Positions 11,991 to 25,244 of a DNA stretch of 64,000 bases are shown in pieces (position 1 is the first letter of the stretch; each line of letters starts with the position of its first letter). The notes beneath the pieces are model-generated. The model had not been told where the DNA came from. It saw nothing but the letters and a program-made list of their open reading frames with translations, and did no database searches. Source of the DNA: Camelus dromedarius (lineage: Eukaryota); assembly GCF_036321535.1 (NCBI RefSeq), contig NC_087436.1, forward strand, positions 113,710,001-113,774,000. Direction: 5' to 3'. Made by a program: the position numbers and the translations under genes.

Positions 11991-14214
11991 TAGAGTCACC
12001 AGATGGTTACAAAGCCAAATGACTCCCTCCCAAGATTCCTTTCAATTAGTTGTGCTTTAAGACTATGCATCATTTCAAAACATTTCTGCCTTTGCTCTAA
12101 AATTATTCTAAAGGATGGTGTCTACTGTCTACTGTGAATAGGGACAGTAGAGCAACTCATGTGGAAATTCATTTTGTAGTTTGAGACAGGAAAACTTGTT
12201 TCCTTTCAGCAACTGGGACTTTTCCTCTTGTAATGAAATTTAGTAACTTAGCATGTTTCACTTTTTGCTCTGGCTGCCAGAAAGCTCAGGGACAAATTTG
12301 TTACCAATCTTCAGGCCTCAAATACTTGCCTCCCCTTTACTTGTTTGTTTTACATTCATATTTTGTTAACATTGCTACATGGATGCTCTTTTTATGGTGT
12401 TTTTGTCTATACCCCTAATATAAGCTCTGCTTAGAAAACTGTCAAGAATGGTGACTTAGAATTGCCTCGTTAATTTTCACTTTGTTTTACTACATCTCCA
12501 ATAACATGTAATGTGGCAATAATATCAGGTACCAAGAGGGAACAGATCCCTCTTCTCTCTCACACGAAGCCCTGATGTTGTTCTTTGTTTACAAGTGTAC
12601 TTTTGTCTCTCTACCAGCTGACTTTCTTTGATTGTCCATGCCCTCTCCCTGCTAACTTTTCTTTCCTTATGGCTTTGTCTTCCTGTGTTCCTCCTTTCTG
12701 ACACTTTCTTCTGATAATTCCGGATACTTTCTTTGGGCTTTTGCTCATATTACTCACTGCTTCAATCCTTCTTCTTCTTCTACTTTTTTTTTTCTTATTT
12801 CAAGTTGATGAGTGAAGCATTAGATTGAACCATCTTTTCATTCCAGTCCGTGTGTCATACTTCAGATGTCACCAATTATTCTGCCCTTGGGCCACATGCC
12901 TGCCCTGGTCTATTGGCTGTGGTTAGCTGAGGTCAGGCTACGTGGAACAAAACACAGTGGCTGCTTTCCCCCCTACCAAGTATGAAGAGGGTATCTTTAG
13001 AAGGACAAGGTTGGGGTAGGAACAGTGATCTCTAGCTAAGCGGCTTTCCTGGTGCAGACTAGGAACAGGCACACGGAACCTTTATAACCCTGCTCAGTGC
13101 TGTGGTGCTCGCACATGGGCTGTGCTCTCTGGCTGGAGCTTGGAGTCCTCTTTTTTCCTGTACCTCTTCTTTTCCAGTTTCCTCCCCTACTGATCTTGTG
13201 CTCAACTGTGACCCAGTCCACCCATCACTGGTCAAGGAGGGTCTCCTATGTCTGTTCCTATGCAGACCCTTCCCCACTCTGATCTCAGAGAAACCTGTGC
13301 TTTTCTCTATTACAGTCTTTTGCCATTTTACTATTAGAGTTTCCTTTTTCCCAATTCAGTTTCCCTACTAGGTCTCAATAATGTGAACAGAGTTAGCTTC
13401 TCATTTCTGTACCTCTAGCCCCTGAAACAGTGTCTGGCCTGTATTAAATGCACTGTGAAACAGGGACAGAGAAATGAGATTCTCCTTCCTCCCTCTCGAG
13501 TCAGGATAAGGACCTTCTTTCTGGAGCAGGTATTAAGTTGATGCTCACACCTGTATTACAACCCTCCAGAACAAGAATTAAAAGTCCTAGCCCACACACT
13601 GAGGTCATAACCAAGTGTTCCTTTCTGTGGATTAGACTTCCTTGAAATTTCTTCTTTTGCCATTTTTCTTATATCTCATCTAGATCTACACTTGATATTA
13701 ACTTATCCTACAATTATCACCCTTTTAAACATAGTGTATCATCTTTTCCTTTCTTGATTTTATGTATAACTTCTCCTGACCTTGGTTGAAATCCAATTCT
13801 TGCTCTTTACCTGTAAGTCCCCTATTGCAAACTTTGAGGGTGTTTACCTTGGAAGAGTTGAGGACTTAGAATCTGTGGGTATTAGAATCAGTACCACCTC
13901 CCTGTAAGTAGGTGATTTCAACCATCCATCTAATTTCCTCTTCTCTAAAGTGCAAATCACAATCCCTTTTCTGCTCACTTCAAGGACTGTTGAGAATATC
14001 TAGTGCGAAGATCACATAAGAGAGTTTTTAAAATGCTTTGCAAATATTAGCTACAATTATTATTCAACTTTCTTCTCTCATTCCATTCCATCCCCATTCT
14101 TTGTGGCTTATTTACCGTCTCCAACATCCAGAAAAGATTTGAGGCAATTGTCTCAGCACTACACCTTTCTAAAACTGTGTGAATTCAATTTAATAAATAT
14201 TGATCTCCTGTTAT

Positions 14215-14450
14215 ATTAACTTTATTGAGCACTTGCTATACCCTGGGAGCTGCACAAATCACACCACTGAAACCACACACAAAGCACTTGAGGGAAATGA
14301 TTTTATATAACTTTGCCTGAAGATGATTGTACTGAAGCTTATGGATGTTAAATAACTTGATCCAGGTTGCATATGGAACTTATGTGGTCCAGATTTAACT
14401 TAGCACTTGATGACTCCAAAGTCTATGTGCTCAGCTGTTATTCTATACCA
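14215..14450 (-). mobile_element. MIR
   Basis: taactttattgagcacttgcta...gttaaataacttgatccaggttgca...tgactccaaagtctatgtgct. Confidence 0.75.
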
Positions 14451-15734
14451 TTATTCATGTTCTGTGGCCCCAAATGAATCACTTTCAATTTCCAACTAAT
14501 CTCCTTTCACAAACATCCTGGTAGCTCCTTTGAAATTCTTGTCAAAATCACGAATGTGGTTTGTGAAACAGGTACATGGTACTCAGTGAACCTACCCATG
14601 GACTTTATGTTCCTTGAATGGATGACTCACTTTCTTCCTGTAATTTTTGTGTCACTTGTCAATCTATCCAATTGAATTCTAAGCTCCTTAGAAAAGATTA
14701 GATGTGCTGTCCACAAACTTTATTCTCCATCTAGTTTATTTTTTGGAACAATTTCTTTTACATTAAACAATCTTTAATGTAAAAAGGTAATTATGTTGTA
14801 CTAGGAGGGTTATTTATTATGTCATACATCATGATGTTCAACTTTGTAATTCAGAATCTTTTATTCTTTTCCCCTTGGCAGCAGAAATCATTGACTCAGA
14901 AAATGGAAAGTGGAGTTTCTGGGTCGTGAGGGGATCTAGAAAGTCCCCTAACTCAGACTTTCTATTTTGGAGCTGAGAAAGTGGAGGCCCACATCAGAAG
15001 AGTGACTGGTGTTGAAGAGCTTTGGATTCTGAGTGGTTCAGATGCTCATCTTTCATATGAGCCATCATTGTGCATCTAAGAATGGTGACAGTTAGAACTG
15101 GGGGGAATGAACATTGGGTCCTGCTCTCCCCATCTGCTATTTGATGCTGGGTGGGGAACTTCATGCTCTGATGGTCATTTAGCTCTTCTAGAAAATGAAG
15201 AGTAGTATCTAGTGTTCAAGTGACCAGAAAGGCCTGTCAGGCTGGATGTTCTGTTTATTGAAGTTGGCACTATGTGCTACAAAGTGGAGAACACAACACA
15301 AAGGATTTAATAGTCTTTACTTCTAAGGAGTTTCATGCTGAACATACACAAACACACACACACATATCCATGCACATGTGTGAGCATGCCCAAACACACA
15401 GACACTTCATGAAGCCAAACACAACACACTAGTTTTATGCTGAGAGGCATGAAAATAGTATCTTACGTTATACAAGTTCAGAGGTATTAACAGCGTTAGA
15501 GGTAGTATTATCAGGCCAATTCTCATAAAGTGAATCACTGAAATAGCCTTTGAAGGACCACACAGGGAAGAGTGAGGGCTGTGGTCCACATAGAAAGACC
15601 AGAAGAGGCAAACATGGGGAAGGGGGAACGGGCACAGGCAGGAGAGGGATGGACAGGGGAATCACGTGATTGGCACAAAAGCCAATTGTAAGGATAGTGA
15701 TTAAGATTTCTGAAAAGAAACATTAATTTTGGTG

Positions 15735-15960
15735 CTTATAGTCAACAAATATTTATGGAGTTCTTACTCTGTGCAGGGCCCTGTGCTAAGCTGTAAGATA
15801 TGGCATTGAACAGATATAACTCTTGTCTGTAGGGATCTGCCACTCTGGAAGGGGGACCATTCATTAAAAATGGTTAAAAATTAGATGTGAAAAGCATTGT
15901 GAAGGGAAAACCCCCAAACTGGGACTGAAAATAAGGACCCAATCAAGATGACCTCTGTAC
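15735..15960 (-). mobile_element. L2 3' fragment
   Basis: tcaacaaatatttatggag...ctctgtgcagggccctgtgctaagc. Confidence 0.75.
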
Positions 15961-15998
15961 TATGTGCCACGTAATCCATCTTCTTCTTTGCCTCCATA

Positions 15999-16274
15999 TT
16001 TTTTTTCTTATGGAAGTATAGTTGATTTGCAATGTTGTGTTAGTTTCTGGTGTGCAGTACAGTGATTCAGTTATACATACATATGCATATATATTCTTTT
16101 TCATTATAGGTTATTATAAGTTATTGACTATAGTTCCCTGTGCTGTACAGTAGGTCCTTGCTGTGTACTTATTCTGTATATAGTAGTTTGTATCTGCTAA
16201 TCCTGAAGCTCAGTTTATCCCTCCCCCACGACCTTTCCCCTTTGTTAGCCGTAAGTTTGTCTTCTACGTCTGTG
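15999..16274 (-). mobile_element. Intermediate-age cetartiodactyl-type L1 3'UTR fragment
   Basis: T-tract then gaagtatagttgatttgcaatgttgtgttagtttctggtgt...ccctgtgctgtacagtagg, homologous to the younger L1 3' ends in this window. ccatatt flanks both sides. Confidence 0.9.
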
Positions 16275-17585
16275 CCCATATTCTTTCAGACTGGGGGATG
16301 GCTAAGGCCCTGCAGTCCTGCGTAGCTCTTGAGATGCAGCTATTTAATGGCATCTTCTTCTTCTGTTATATTGTGAACTCATAGAGACCAGGGATAATAT
16401 GCTACCTATACTCCCAATGCACAATCCGGAGTTTTGTGCACACCGGGTAGAGGGAGGTAATGAGGTATTGTCTTTCCTCCTCCGTGAACAGCGCATCAGC
16501 ATTCACAGCTTCCTCTAAATGGGCTCTGCTGTGATAATCCCACTGCTTGTGTGAACTATCAAGCTAGGATGAATTCCCGCAGGGGCCAGGCTTTTGCTTC
16601 TCAAGGCTATGCGTGTATTGCTGCTTAACAGTTCTGTGCGGGAAATACTATTTGATCAAGCAGGCAAACACATGCTCAGTTTGAAAGAAGAGCAATAGTT
16701 TAATGCAAAGATGTGTCAGGCTGCCTCGTGCAGTAACATCGTCAACTGCAGGGAGGTTTAGAGAAGCAAGAGGTACCTAGGAGCTTTTGATTACTGTTCT
16801 GGAATGTTGTATGGCCATCCTTGCTTTTCCTAACTCAAACTTAGGTTTACAGTGAGGAGTGGATGGGATTTCAGAGGAGGATTAAATAAGTCAGTCATAT
16901 TAAAATGGCAAAATGGGTAAATAGAATATAATGTGGAATAAAATGTAAATTGGATTTAGGCAGACACTTTTATACAGCCTTACCACCCAGCCCTATCCAA
17001 CCGCTTCAGATTCCTACGGTGGCTTCCGTGCACAGTTCTATTACATGTTGCCACTCAAGGGCATTTGATGTTTTCTCTCTCTGGATATTCATTTGCATTT
17101 AAATGATTTGAAATAATCATAAAAGCCAAGTGCTATGAAGTTTGAAATTAGTTACTGTCTATAAATTGTGACGCCATTAAAAGATAATTGTGGAGAGCTT
17201 TGCTGTCTCAAATGTAGGCAGATTAAAATCTAACAAAGTACACCTTGTTACAAACCTTTAAAGAATGATGGGATACAGAGTTAAATTGATTTATTCTCCT
17301 ACCAGTGCCTATAAACTTGATGCACTTGAGTTTATTCTTGGAGTATCGAACTTTTTCATCTGGCCTATATCTGTCCTCTTTAAATCTAAGGTTGTTTTAT
17401 ACAGCTTGCTAGATTTCATTCTTATTCTTTATGGAAAAATAAAAGGAGAAGAACCAAGCTGCATTTTCCTTTTAAACCTTTTGTGGAAGATAAGCTTGGC
17501 AACATGCAGGTGCAGGTTTGGAGCTCTCAGGTCAGAGTTATCGCTGATAGAGAAACTCCTATTCCACTTATACTGGAAGATCCGA

Positions 17586-17830
17586 GCAGCTGTGTAGCAG
17601 TGGCTAAAAGTGTAGGCTCAGAAGTCAGACATTTTGGTTTCAAATGACAATTCTGACTATTATTAACTATGTGACCCTGGGTAAGTTGCTTGATCTTTCT
17701 GATTCTGAACTAGGAATAATAACAACAACATTTATATTATAGGGTTATGAGGTGAGTAAGAGTAAGAGAAAGCACAGGAGCATTTACTACAGTGCCTAGG
17801 ACCTGGTAAGTACCCAACAAGTGGCAACAG
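17586..17830 (+). mobile_element. MIR, near full length
   Basis: gcagctgtgtagcagtggctaaaagtgtaggct...tgtgaccctgggtaagttgctt...acagtgcctaggacctggtaagtacccaacaa. Confidence 0.85.
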
Positions 17831-17889
17831 TTACCTTTTACAAGGCATATTAGAGATGCTCCATTCTTGACTTTGCCTGTCTCAACACT

Positions 17890-18722
17890 TGAGATGGTTT
17901 TTTACAAATGACCTCAAAATTATTTGATGCTTGTTCCAACCAGAAGGGTGGAGTATAGTCCCTCCCTTTGAATGGAATCTCTTGATTTTTGACCAACAGA
18001 ACACAGAGGAAACGAAACCATGCCAGTTTTTGTGCCAAAGCCGGAAGAAACTGAGTTTCTACTTCCTTGCTCTTGGAATGCTCATTCTTGGGACACAGCC
18101 AACATGCTATGAGGAAGCTCAAGTGCCCCCAGGGAGAAGCCCATTTGCAGAGAAACTAGTAACTAGCTATATTAGTATTCTTGGGCTGTGGGTGGTGTAA
18201 ACAACAGAAATGCATTGTCTGGGACTGAGATCAAGGTGTTGATCTGACCTTGAGACCAGCAAGGAGTCAGGGTTGAATACGGGAAACATCTGTTGCAGGC
18301 CTTTCTTCTTGCTTTGTAGATGGCCATTTTCTCCCTGTGTCTTCATAGACTTCCTCTGTCCAAATTTCCCCTTCTCCTAAGGACACTACTCATAATGGAC
18401 TGGAGTCTGCCCTTATGACTTTGTTTTAACTTGATTACTTCTGTGAAGATGCTATTTCCAAAAAAGATCACCACCTTTTGAAGTATAGAGGGTTAGGATT
18501 TCAACATATGAACCTGGGGAAGGGGACGATTTAACCTGTAACACTAGCACTAACTTAGCAGTCACGTGCATGTGCTATATTTGAAGTAGATCCTCCAGCC
18601 CACATTTATTACCACATGGGCCCCACACAAATTGCTGACTCATGAGGAAAATAAGTGACTGTTACTGCTTTAAGCCACTAAATTTGGTGTGGGTTTTTCT
18701 GTAGCAGTAGATAACCAAAACA
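17890..18722 (+). mobile_element. Older MaLR solo LTR (MLT1G/H-like) containing a nested younger MaLR LTR
   Basis: ggtggagtatagtccctccctttgaat..., ends gctttaagccactaaatttgg...gtagcagtagataaccaaaaca (MLT1 terminus). Confidence 0.8.
18168..18543 (-). mobile_element. MaLR solo LTR (MLT1A-C-like) with 5-bp TSD
   Basis: tatattagt...gatcaaggtgtt...gggttaggatttcaacatatgaa...taaca, flanked by ctagc at 18163-18167 and 18544-18548. Confidence 0.85.
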
Positions 18723-20270
18723 ATGCTCTTCTTTGGACTGGCCCCTCACATTGATTTTTGTGATGCTGTCTAAAGACTTTGCCTCCAACTGATCATTTGT
18801 TCAATTAACAAATTTTATTCCTTTGTTTGACTGACTCATTTAATTCCAGGCCACCTTAGGTAGGATTTATAATCCAGTCTGGCCTCCAAGTACCAAACCC
18901 CAGCTCTGTATAGGGTTAAACTATACAATCTGTAGACAGGTTGTGTACAGATACAAAAACTATATAACCTGACCCACAAGTCCTTTCACTCCAAAGATTA
19001 GAATGTAGACATCTGGCTACCATCGAAAAGTATCTCCAAAGTCACTTAAATATACAACATGGCTTATGACAAGGAAGTGGCAATGAGAGCACTGTTGAAG
19101 AAGACAAGCTAGACAATCAGATATGAAGTGAGATTCAGACAAATATTGCAAAAAATAAGTCCTTGCTTCTTCTGACCTCTGTCTATTAAATGCTACTAGA
19201 GCCTGTTCACATAACTAGCCTGCCCAGTGTACTGTCTCACAGATGACCTCCAATGCCATCAGCATGAAGCCTCTTCAACTCCATTCTTGGCAATTTCCCA
19301 TCCTTTTTGTTTGTTTCTTACCAATTATCTTTTCATTTAAATATTGCCCTTGGGGGGATTACTCCATGTTTTCTGTCCTTAAGCAGGGGTGGATATAGTC
19401 TCACAAACCTAACGAAACCAGGATTGAGAGCATCAAATGGCACATCTGTCCAGAGCATTTAGAGAGAATCAGGGTGGAAACCGAGGAGACCCAGGTCATA
19501 CATCAAGTTCAAAGGACAGGACCAGAGTTAAGCTGGAAGAAGAAAGGCTAGGGGCTGATTGCTCCTCTATTGTCTCTTTGGTTTTATTATCATCCAATCA
19601 ATTTTATTTCCTGGAGTAGATGTGAGGGAAGATGGGAAAATCCAATTAGGTTGAAGAACCTGGGCCCAGGTCTTTGTGCAGAGGAAACCTTGACACTTTC
19701 AGATGCAGAGGCTTTGATCACTGATCCCCTGTGGCCTCTGAGTGCTGGTTCAGCTGCAGGAGATGTCACAGAGATACTGCAAGATTGAAGACGGCAGATA
19801 GGTTTCATACACTTTGCAGAGTGACTCAAACTACAGTTATTGATTGGAAGGTATACCTTTGAAGCTATAAAAAAAAAACACTTTTTGCCAAAAAATCCCT
19901 ATGTATTCTTAAGCTCAAAGACTGGAGTCATTGTGGGAGCAAAATAATTAAGTGACTCCTAAGTATAGGGCTATGTATGATTACCAACACCACAGAGAAT
20001 GCAATGATTTTCTGGTGGTGTTGATCACCTTAGGACAATCTACCAGATTGCCCAAACCTAAAACCTTCCTCTTTACAATGAGTAAACTGACTGTATGATG
20101 CAAAAATCTCCAACATAACCTCTGCTTAAAAAGCTACAAAAGATATAAAATTCAGACCACCATTCTCTATACCTTTGCATAGCTTTACTAGCCTAGTGTT
20201 TTATTTAAGTGCTCTCCCAATTTAAGATACAATTGTTCCCATATCTAAAGAGCAAAAAATTCTCCATTTT

Positions 20271-20336
20271 ATTGAACTCAGGACCTCACACATGCTAAGC
20301 ATGCACTCTATCACTTGAGCTATACCCTCACCTCCC
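20271..20336 (-). mobile_element. tRNA-derived SINE head (Vic-1-like), 3'-truncated at the B box, with TSD
   Basis: Reverse complement is gggaggtgagggtatagctcaagtgatagagtgcatgcttagcatgtgtgaggtcctgagttcaat, homologous to 42012-42073. ttctccatttta is duplicated at 20260-20271 and 20342-20353. Confidence 0.9.
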
Positions 20337-21224
20337 AAAAGTTCTCCATTTTAATTTGATAATTTTAGGCTTTAAAGTTCACTATGGGAACCAAATTCCA
20401 GGGATTTACTATTGATGGGTGGAATGATTATACTCAGTAAATGTGCTACACTCCTAAAGGTTTTCCTTAAATTCAGACTTATCAACTTGTGTGTGATGGA
20501 GTAAGCTTGGGCACAAAACAGAAGGGAATCATTGATTGTGTACCTTTTCTTTAAGAACTCAAAAGAATAAAGTGTGTATTTTTAATCATAGGCTACATAG
20601 TGCTCATTTGTATTCACCAAAGAGCTGGTGCCATATAAACATGCAGACACATAAAGGGGATGGTTTGAAGATGACCTTGTGGCATTGACCTCAGAAAGGG
20701 ATGAAACAAGCACTGAAATATCAATTGTTTACTGAGTAGTTAGCCATTCCGCTATTCAATATTTACTTGTGATATTTGTGGACCTGTGGTCAGGGCCAGA
20801 AGATTAAATCATCTGAGCAGAGTTACAAGCAAGGCTGTGACTATGTATAGGCTATATGTGATTGTATAATTTGAATTTCCCACCTCAAAATCAAATCAAA
20901 TCAGAGCAACACACTACTCCCAGATAGTGTTGTCCCTCTCCTCCATCTGAGGGAAGTGTTTATTCACTGGTAAAACAAGACAGACTAGAATAAGTGCTTT
21001 AAAAGAGGTATTAAAAATCCATCAATAAATAAAATCAATGTGAGTAGACCTTATAAGATGTAGAGAAATTTGACCACAGCCTGGAAGGATAGGATTAATT
21101 TTAACACTTAGCACCCAGAGGATGAACTTTTTCAAAAGAGGACAATCTCCTAGGGGCAAGTCTTATGACAACTTTACTTTGGTTTCTAACATGTAGCACT
21201 GTGTCTGATTTGTGGTAATTTTTT

Positions 21225-21724
21225 ATATCAGTAATGGTGCTTTTGGCTGCAACTACCAGAAGACTCAATTTAACTGACATAAACAGTAGGTCATATATAT
21301 TAACTCATGTCTGTGGATAGTGTGACTTCAAGGATGTTCATTCAGTGTCTCAGCAATTTTATTTCATCAGTAAATACCCAGGTTCTTTCCATCTTTCAAT
21401 TTTACCATCTTCATTAGTTCGGCTTTGTCCTTGACCAGAACCTGCGTGGTCACCTTCAGTGGAAGAAGAAGGAGTCTTTATTCCTACCGTTTATGTCTAA
21501 GAGTTGTGGAACTTTCATGGAAGACCCTTCAGCAAACCTGTCCCTTACAATTCATTGACTAAAACTCGGTCACAGACTTCCCTCAAATCAATCATTGTTG
21601 ATAGGAAAAAAAATTGCTATGTTTGGGTAAAAATAAGTCAGGATTTGCCTCTGAGTCAGTGGGGAAGGGAAAAAACAAAATCAGGTATTCTTGTTAGATA
21701 GGCAACCAACAATGTTTGACCCAT
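21225..21724 (-). mobile_element. Old MaLR LTR (MLT1J/K-like)
   Basis: Starts tatatcagtaatggtgcttttggctgcaactaccaga and ends ggcaaccaacaatgtttgaccca. Confidence 0.7.
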
Positions 21725-22063
21725 TGCTCAACATACATAATTAAATTGAGGTGGAATAGAAAATTCTACGCTGAAAGTTCAACATTAGCAAAGATAAAGG
21801 GAGCTCCATTTTTATCTTCTCTGGACTCTTTTCATAGCTCCTTCTCTGTCTTCAGTCTCTTCCCTCCAGTCTCTTCCCCAAATACTTCCAGAATGATTTT
21901 TCTAAAATGCCGAACATGTTGATCTCCTGCTTTCAATAATATAGTTAAACGGTGTAAAAATGTTTGAACTTAAGGTTTTCATTTTCAGTTCAATGTTCCT
22001 TTCTACAAACTAAGATGCTTCCTTTATTTATTTTTATATTTTTATAGGAGGACCATGACATGA

Positions 22064-22394
22064 TGTCTTAGTCTATTATGGATGCTATAACAAAAATACC
22101 ACAAACTAGCTGGCTTATAAGAGCACATTTATTTCTCACAGTTCTGGAGGCTGAGATGTCAGATTTGGTGTCTGATGAGAACCTGCTTCCTGGTTCATAG
22201 AAGATGACCATCTTCTTACTATGTCCTCACACAGCAGAAGGGGTGGGAGAGCTCTTGAGGACCTTTTTAATAAAAGAATAAATTCTATTCATGACCTAAT
22301 CATCTCCCAAAGTCCCCACCTCCTAATACTATCACAGTGAGCAGTAGGTGTCAACATGTAAATTTTATAGAACGCAAACATTCAGACCATAGTG
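22064..22394 (-). mobile_element. MaLR solo LTR (MLT1A-like)
   Basis: tgtcttagtc...gctataacaaaaataccacaaact...tttatttctcacagttctggaggctg...acattcagaccatag. Confidence 0.9.
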
Positions 22395-22784
22395 CACGCC
22401 AAACCACAAGAGGAAAAGAACATGAGTTTTGGCATCAAGCTGTAGTATAATCTATACAAAATGAGATCTGATGTAGTTGAACAGTTATACACTATGTGTT
22501 ACTTCCAAGTGGGCTCATTAATGGTGTTATCATAAGAAGGTGCATTCATTGAGAAGATGGTAGATTTGCTGTTGGCTTAGAATCCAAACATAAAAGACTC
22601 TACACTCCAAAGTTATTTTAGAACCTATCTCATAATCACAGTAGGAAGAGAATATGGCTACTGGAGGAGAATGGTGCTGCTCTCCATAGAGCAAACATAG
22701 CAAGCTTCTGGAAGAAGATGAGAGCTGCAAGTTCAGCCAGCCAGCCATTCTCAGCGCTAATGAGTCAAGATTCAAAAAAAAATT

Positions 22785-25020
22785 ATAACCTCTTCATTTT
22801 GAAATAATTACTGATTCATAGGAAGTTGCAAAGGTAATACAGAAAAGACCCCTGTACCCTTCACCCAGATTTTCCATGGTAACATCGTATATAATTATCA
22901 CATAATATCAAAACCAATAATTTTATATCAGAGCTGTATGTGCATGTAATTTTGTCATTTAATCACATGTGTAGACTTGTATAACTACCACAGAAATCAA
23001 GATACAGAATTATCTTACCATCACAGAGATCTTCATCATGCTACTTCTATTAAGTCACGTCTACCCTAACCCCTCCCCTCCTCTAAGATCCCTAACCCCT
23101 GACAACCACTGTTTTCCATTTGTATGTCATTTTAAGAATGCTATATAAAGGAAATTATACAGTATATGATCTTACAATTGGCTTTTATTTTTTCACTCAG
23201 AATAATAACCTTGAGATTCATCCAAGTTGTTCCATGTATCAATTGTTCTCTCCTTTTCAATGCTGAGTAGTATTCATGGTGTCTTGGTCTGCTCAGGCTG
23301 CTATAACATAATACCATAGATTAGATGACTTAAATAACAGAAATTTATTTCTCACAGTTATATGGTGCCAGCCTATATGATATCTGAGATGTCTGGTGAC
23401 AGCTACCTTCCTAGTTTGCAGATGGGTGCCTTCTTGCTGAATCCTCATACAACAGAGAAAGGAAATGTATCTCTGCTCTCTTGTTAAAAGGAAAATAATA
23501 TCATCATAAGGGCTCCACCATTATGACCTAATTACTTCCTAAAGGCTGTATCTTTAAATACCATCACACTGAGGATTAGGGTTTCAACACATGAATTTAA
23601 AATATTGTAAACAAAGATGCTATAAACAATCATGTACAGGTCTTTGGATATAAGTTTTTATTCTCTAGGAAAAATGCCCAAGTGTGTAACTGCTGGATCA
23701 TAGGGTTCGTGTACATTCAGTATTTTTAGAAACTGTAAGCTCTTTTCAAGAGTGATTGTACCATTTTACACTCACACCAGAAATTTATGAAAGGTCTACT
23801 TTCAATGCATGCTCACCAGTACTTGGCACTGTCACTATATTTTTAATTTCAGTTATTCTAGTAGGTGTGCAGTGGTATCTCACTATGGTCTTAATTTGCA
23901 TTTCCCTAATGGCTAGTGATGTTGAACATCTTTATGTCCTTATTTTTCTGTATATCTTCTTTGATGAAGATATGTCTTTTGCTCATTTTCTAATTGGGGT
24001 AGTTTGTTTTCCAAAGTTGAGCTTTGAGAGTTATTTACATATTCTAGATATAAGTCCATTGTCAGATATGTAGTTTGCAAATATTTTTTTCCAGTCTGTA
24101 GCTTGTCATTTTATTCTCTCAACAGAAGTTTCACAGAGCAAACATTTCTAATTTTGTGAAGTCCAGTTTATTAATTTTTTAAAGTGTAGTCTGCTTTTGA
24201 TGTCATGTCTAAGAATTCTTCACCAAACCCTAGGTCCCAGATTTTCCCTAATAATGACTTCTAAAATTTTTTTTTAATGACTTACATTAAAAACCTACAA
24301 TCTATTTTGAGTGTTTTGGGTTTTTTTTGTTGTTGAAAATGTATGAGGTTTAGTTCAAAGGTCTTTTTTTTAAGCCTATGAATGTCCAATTGTCCCTCCT
24401 GTTAAAAAGGCTATCCCTCCTCCATTTAACTGCTTTTTTGTCTTGCTTTTGTGATTACTCTTTATATATTTAAGATATTAATAGTCTGTCTTACAAGCTG
24501 AGTATTAAAGATCAGTTGGCTGTACTTATGAGAGGCTATCTCTTGGTTCTCTTTGTTCTATTCTAATGACCTATATATACCTGTCTCTCCACAAATACCA
24601 CCCAATCTTGATTGCTGTAGCTGTATAATAAGTCTTGAAAACTTGAGGAGAGTGACTAATCTTATTTTATTTTTTTCTTCAGAATTAATGTATCCATTCT
24701 AGCTCTTTTGCCATTTCATGTAAAGGTAAGAATAATCTTGTCTGTACCTATAAAAAGTCTTGGTAAGAATTATGTTGAACTTGGGCATCAATTTGGGGAG
24801 GACTGGTATTTTTACTATGTTGTCTTTTAATCCATGAGCACAGAGTGACTCTCCATTTATAAAAACTTCTTTGATTTATTTCATCAGTACTTTTTAGTTT
24901 TCAACATACAAGTTCTACACATATTTTGCTAGATTTAAACACAAATATTCTGCTTTTATTGTACTTAGCAGGAGAAATAGGAAAAATTACATCTACTCCA
25001 TCTTCCCAGAAGTGGAAGTC
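22785..25020 (-). mobile_element. Old L1M (L1MC/MD-like): 3'UTR plus distal ORF2, with an apparent L1 5' tip at about 24958-25020
   Basis: Antisense L1 motifs (gtgcagtggtatctcactatggtcttaatttgcatttccctaatggctagtgatgttgaacatc). The terminal segment's reverse complement is gacttccacttctgggaagatggagtagatgt. Confidence 0.85.
23280..23598 (-). mobile_element. MaLR LTR (MLT1A-like) nested in L1M
   Basis: tgtcttggtctgctcaggctgctataacataataccataga...gggtttcaacacatgaattt. Confidence 0.85.
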
Positions 25021-25180
25021 TCCACATGTAACTTTTTGAGAAACATATAAGAGGCATGTAAGACTGAAAAAACAATGTATAAAAGCAATATGTGGACTTC
25101 CAGGATGGATGACACTAAACTGTGTGGGAAAACAATGAAGCATTTTACAGATAATCTCAGATACTCAAGCCTGCATAAGA

Positions 25181-25218
25181 TGTGTGTGTGTGTGTGTGTG
25201 TGTGTGTGTCTGTGTGTA
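25181..25218. repeat. (TG)n microsatellite
   Basis: tgtgtg run with one interruption. Confidence 0.95.
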
Positions 25219-25244
25219 TACGACATGAGTCTTTTCTTCATTAC

